A DNA stretch of 64,000 bases from positions 28,871 to 92,870 of the forward strand of contig CAZQQT010000010.1 in assembly GCA_964595645.1 (NCBI GenBank), read 5' to 3'. Origin of the DNA: an uncultured Thermococci archaeon (lineage in GTDB: Archaea; Methanobacteriota_B; Thermococci; Methanofastidiosales; B48-G16). Positions 60,264 through 64,000 of the stretch are shown here, piece by piece. The notes beneath the pieces were generated by a model. It saw only the letters and a program-made list of their open reading frames with translations, did no database searches and was not told the origin of the DNA. A program made the translations under genes and the position numbers. The number at the start of each line of letters is the position of its first letter. The first letter of the stretch is position 1.

Positions 60264-62228
60264 ATGACAGATGGACTGGAGCACTGTCCCTACTGTGAGG
60301 CCCGGGTAAAGAATATTGAACGTCACATTACGATACAGCATAAGAAATTTACTCTGAAGAATTTTTTAATAGAGTCTAAAATCACTGTGATCACCGGATC
60401 AATTCTTCTCAGTGCTCTTCTATTGGTAGTACTAGATTTTCATCCTCTGATCATAAGAAGAATACACCTTCACCATATTTTGATGGGGCTTAGTATTACT
60501 GTGGGCGGTGTACCTCTTGCCAAAGGAGGGATTACGGAACTTATAAAGGAACACGCGTTTGATGTGGATTCACTTGTTGTCATTGCTGCTCTGGGTGCTG
60601 TGGCTATTGGTTATTGGACTGAGGCAGGGGTACTGATATTCCTTTTTTCCCTGGCTGAAACACTGGAGGACTACTCTGTGTTCCGTAGCAGGAGGTCCCT
60701 AAAGACACTCCTCGATCTCTCGCCTTCAACGGCCAAAGTACTAAAAAACGGAGAGCTAGTGGAAGTACCGCCCACAGAGGTGGACGTAGGCGAGATTGTT
60801 GTGGTGAGACCTGGAGATCGGATCCCTGTAGATGGGAAAGTACAGAAAGGGAACTCTGCTCTGAATGAAGCACCGATTACCGGTGAATCGATACCAAAAC
60901 AGAAGACAAAAGGGGACATGATCTACGCAGGGACACTGAATATTGATGGCGCACTGGAGGCAGAGGCAGTGAAACGAAGCAGTGATTCAACCCTCTCACG
61001 GATTGTAGAGATGGCAGAAGAGGCTGAGATGGGGAGAGCCAAGGCGGAGCAATTTGTCAATACGTTTGCAGCATACTATACTCCTGCAGTGTTGCTCTTT
61101 GCCGTGGGAGTATTCCTTATCCCCCCTCTTGTATTTTCAGCACCGTATATTCCATGGCTCTATAGAGCACTGGTGCTCCTCGTGCTTTCTTGCCCTTGCG
61201 CGTTCGTGATTTCCACCCCAGTGACAATGTTATCAGCGGTGACCACCGCTGCGAGACACGGTGTCCTCGTGAAAGGCGGTGTTTATCTAGAAAAAATAAA
61301 AAAGACCAAAACAGTGGTATTCGACAAAACGGGGACGTTAACCACGGGAAATCCGGAAGTAACGAGAATTGTGATGTGGGATAACAGAACAGAGAACGAG
61401 ATTATTCGTATTGCTGCAGCTCTGGAGACGAATTCTGCCCATCCCTTCGCTCGCCCTATAATAAAAAAATCCGGAGAATTTGGAGATACTCCTTATGATG
61501 TAGAAAAATTTAAGTCTCTGACAGGGGCGGGTATTGAAGGAGTGGTGCAGGGAACAAAATATGTTATTGGAAGTCCCACACTCTTCGATCTCTCTCTGGA
61601 GGAAGAAAAAAAATTAGATGAAATGACATCAGGAGGCGAGACTGTTGTTGCGCTCGGTGAGGGTAAGGACGTGATTGCGTACATCGGTCTCCAAGATACA
61701 GTAAGAGAAGGAGCAAAAAAGATTGTAAAAGTATTGAAAACCCGTGGAATTCAAACGATAATGCTCACAGGCGATAATGAAGCGAATGCCAGAGCTGCGG
61801 CCAATGAACTTGGAATAGATGAGTACATTTCTCAGGTACTTCCAGAAGAAAAAGTAGCCACAGTGGAACGCCTCCAGCAACAGACCGGACCTGTTATTAT
61901 GGTTGGAGACGGTATCAACGATGCTCCTGCACTGGTCAAAAGCGATGTGGGGATTGCCATGGGGGCTGCAGGCTCAGATACTGCTATGGAGTCTGCAGAT
62001 ATGGCGTTGATGGAAGATGATCTCTCAAAATTACTCTATCTTTTTGACCTGAGTAACGATACCATGAAGACTGTGAAAGAGAATATTTACATATCAATTG
62101 GAGTAAAAATGCTGCTTGCTGTCCTCGCGTTCTTCGGGCTAGTGACGTTATGGATGGCTGTGGGTGCTGGAGATGCCGGCATGGCACTTTTCGTTACGGT
62201 CAATGCGATACTACTCGGTAAAAAATAA
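60264..62228 (+). CDS. Heavy-metal P1B-type ATPase (ZntA/CadA-like)
   Basis: TGES, SCPC, DKTGT, HP, GDGINDAP; TM5 Lys and TM6 DxG; start moved to ATG 60264. Confidence 0.92.
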   Translation: MTDGLEHCPYCEARVKNIERHITIQHKKFTLKNFLIESKITVITGSILLSALLLVVLDFHPLIIRRIHLHHILMGLSITVGGVPLAKGGITELIKEHAFDVDSLVVIAALGAVAIGYWTEAGVLIFLFSLAETLEDYSVFRSRRSLKTLLDLSPSTAKVLKNGELVEVPPTEVDVGEIVVVRPGDRIPVDGKVQKGNSALNEAPITGESIPKQKTKGDMIYAGTLNIDGALEAEAVKRSSDSTLSRIVEMAEEAEMGRAKAEQFVNTFAAYYTPAVLLFAVGVFLIPPLVFSAPYIPWLYRALVLLVLSCPCAFVISTPVTMLSAVTTAARHGVLVKGGVYLEKIKKTKTVVFDKTGTLTTGNPEVTRIVMWDNRTENEIIRIAAALETNSAHPFARPIIKKSGEFGDTPYDVEKFKSLTGAGIEGVVQGTKYVIGSPTLFDLSLEEEKKLDEMTSGGETVVALGEGKDVIAYIGLQDTVREGAKKIVKVLKTRGIQTIMLTGDNEANARAAANELGIDEYISQVLPEEKVATVERLQQQTGPVIMVGDGINDAPALVKSDVGIAMGAAGSDTAMESADMALMEDDLSKLLYLFDLSNDTMKTVKENIYISIGVKMLLAVLAFFGLVTLWMAVGAGDAGMALFVTVNAILLGKK

Positions 62229-62240
62229 TATTTTAGAATT

Positions 62241-62621
62241 TTATACTCGTTCCTTCAATGCATTAGATAACTCTTCTATTGCACGGTTTGTCAGCGCTCT
62301 GTAGGGTTTGTAGGGTGGTGTGACGACCACGAGGATAAACATTTTCTCCTTTACTACAAAGGGTCTGCAAACAAATCTCACCTTGTTGTCATTCACGAGA
62401 GAAACTTCATCGACCGACTCAAACCCGATATCCCGTTCAGCTCGATCTACTACTGTTCCTACAAGCGATGAAAGTGCCGATATCTCCTCTGGATCATACT
62501 CCGAGTCTGTAGAGGCAAGTATCAACCCTTTACTATCACAAAGAAGAGATATTCTGAGTTTTCCCCCTTTGTAGTCTCCCCCTTGATTTGTTTTTTCTAG
62601 AATCTTCTGCAAGGTTTTCAT
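62241..62621 (-). CDS. Roadblock/LC7 domain protein
   Basis: LLCDSKGLILAS...ISALSS; beta hairpin and C-terminal helix; gene context. Confidence 0.75.
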   Translation of the reverse strand: MKTLQKILEKTNQGGDYKGGKLRISLLCDSKGLILASTDSEYDPEEISALSSLVGTVVDRAERDIGFESVDEVSLVNDNKVRFVCRPFVVKEKMFILVVVTPPYKPYRALTNRAIEELSNALKERV

Positions 62622-63127
62622 TCTTCAGCCTCCTCTAGTACTTTATAAAGCAGTGTCAATAGTACCTCTTTCACACTTTCCTTTTCAGTGGCTACACACG
62701 GCAGCACTGTCCCGTTGTTTAAACGCTTTTCTATGGCGTCAACTGGATGTGAGTCTTTTCTATCTTGTTTGTTCGCTGCGATGACACGGGGAACGTTATG
62801 CTCAGAAAAAAAATTCATGATTTGTTTCGCTTCAGACACGTGTTCCATCTCACAGCTATCGATAAGGAGTACGTAGCCCAGCATATTGTACGAAAGAATG
62901 TCCCACATGAAGTCGAAGCGTCGTTGGCCCGGTGTTCCATAGATGTGTAGTATTAATTCATCATCAACTGTGAGCCTCCCAAAATCCATTGCCACTGTTG
63001 TTTTTTCCTTTTTTGTTGATTTTGTGAGCTTTTTTTCTGTTTTCACAGGATCAATCTCACTTATCTGTTTTATAAACTCTGTCTTCCCTGCGTTAAAGGG
63101 TCCAGTTACTATCACTTTGACTATCAT
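62618..63127 (-). CDS. MglA/CvnD-type small GTPase
   Basis: GPFNAGKT, TTVAMDFG, GTPGQ.RF.FMW, NKQD. Confidence 0.9.
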   Translation of the reverse strand: MIVKVIVTGPFNAGKTEFIKQISEIDPVKTEKKLTKSTKKEKTTVAMDFGRLTVDDELILHIYGTPGQRRFDFMWDILSYNMLGYVLLIDSCEMEHVSEAKQIMNFFSEHNVPRVIAANKQDRKDSHPVDAIEKRLNNGTVLPCVATEKESVKEVLLTLLYKVLEEAEE

Positions 63128-63128
63128 T

Positions 63129-63896
63129 TTACAACCTCTTTATTGCATCGATAAGTCTCCTAATGTGGCCTTTTGTTACTCCATTTCTCCTTGTTTTTTC
63201 TTGTTCTCTTTTCTTCTTTATTTCAATGTGAACTTTATTTTTTACTGTTGAAGGAAGTACAGTTCGTATCGTTTTATTGACTCTGTCTCTGATTACGATA
63301 TTCGAGACTTTTTCCGTTGGGTAAATATTAAGCGTCCCTTTCAAAGTTTTCCCTGCAAATATCAACGATTCTTCACAGGAGTATCCGTGGTCATTTTCCA
63401 GCTTTTTTATTAGCGTTGTTTTGATTTTCTTCGGATTTATTTTTTCCTCAAATCCTTCAAATTTTGAAAGTACCTTCTCCATGTCAACATCTGTTTTGAT
63501 CCGTTTGAGCAGCTCTTCTCTATCTATTGCACTGAGGAAGAGTATCTTTTCTTCCAGCTCGCAATCTTCATTGATCTCCTTCGCTACTTCCATCTCTCTG
63601 CTACCGAGCCCAAAAATTGATATCTCGCACTCTTTGTATTCCTTTTTAAACTCATCTACGACATTGTCTTTTATTGTTCGTATTTTCCTCTCGATTTCCA
63701 CCTTTTCTGCGGCGACTATTGTGCCTTTATGTATGAGAAGGTAGAAATCATCATGAGAATCCTCATAATCTGTGCAAAAAAGCCGAATATATCCTGAAAA
63801 ACTCTTAGTGACACCTAATTTCTCATCTTTAAGATTTTCTAGGGCCAATATAAAATTTTTCTTTCGCACTCTCTTTTTGAGGATTCCTTTCGGCAT
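63129..63896 (-). CDS. DUF2226-like hypothetical protein
   Basis: MPKG...FSGYIRL...LLIHKG.IVAAE, REELLK; start moved to MPKG. Confidence 0.55.
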   Translation of the reverse strand: MPKGILKKRVRKKNFILALENLKDEKLGVTKSFSGYIRLFCTDYEDSHDDFYLLIHKGTIVAAEKVEIERKIRTIKDNVVDEFKKEYKECEISIFGLGSREMEVAKEINEDCELEEKILFLSAIDREELLKRIKTDVDMEKVLSKFEGFEEKINPKKIKTTLIKKLENDHGYSCEESLIFAGKTLKGTLNIYPTEKVSNIVIRDRVNKTIRTVLPSTVKNKVHIEIKKKREQEKTRRNGVTKGHIRRLIDAIKRL

Positions 63897-63943
63897 GTAT
63901 ATAGAAATCACCTGCGGATCGGTAGTATTGAAGAGCGTCCTGT

Positions 63944-64000
63944 TTATACGATCTTCGCTAACTCTTCTGCTGTCCGTTTCATGTCGAGGAATACGAGCCC
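63944..64000 (-). CDS. Roadblock/LC7 protein C-terminus (5' part outside window)
   Basis: Manual translation GLVFLDMKRTAEELAKIV*, typical roadblock C-terminal helix; not in ORF track. Confidence 0.7.
   Translation of the reverse strand, partial: GLVFLDMKRTAEELAKIV

Overview
Gene-dense archaeal chromosomal window. The archaeal call rests on BRE/TATA promoters, GGTGA-type RBS, dph5, heterotrimeric RPA, class III-signal pilins, PAC2 and a box C/D RNA. Gene content resembles a Thermococci-related euryarchaeote with a peptide-fermenting lifestyle (inference). About 65 CDS cover peptide/amino-acid uptake and catabolism (Dpp ABC, APC permease, PepD, M28 peptidase, ADP- and AMP-forming acyl-CoA synthetases), nucleotide synthesis (pyrB, pyrI, pyrE, purC), ion homeostasis (ZupT/MntR, TrkH, DacZ-MscS, MgtE, NikR-like/P1B ATPase) and surface proteins. 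There is one tRNA-Thr(GGT) and one box C/D sRNA missing from the ORF track. No mobile element or CRISPR array was seen. Best candidates for undescribed systems: (1) an APC permease + metallophosphoesterase + Pol-beta-type nucleotidyltransferase cluster (possible writer/eraser pair tied to a transporter); (2) a roadblock/DUF2226-like/MglA-type GTPase/roadblock operon; (3) a membrane-tethered wHTH regulator with an HTH-less paralog and a secreted helical protein. Two unrelated lipoproteins also share an exact 148-bp signal/linker cassette. All product calls come from motif recognition by eye; no database searches were run.
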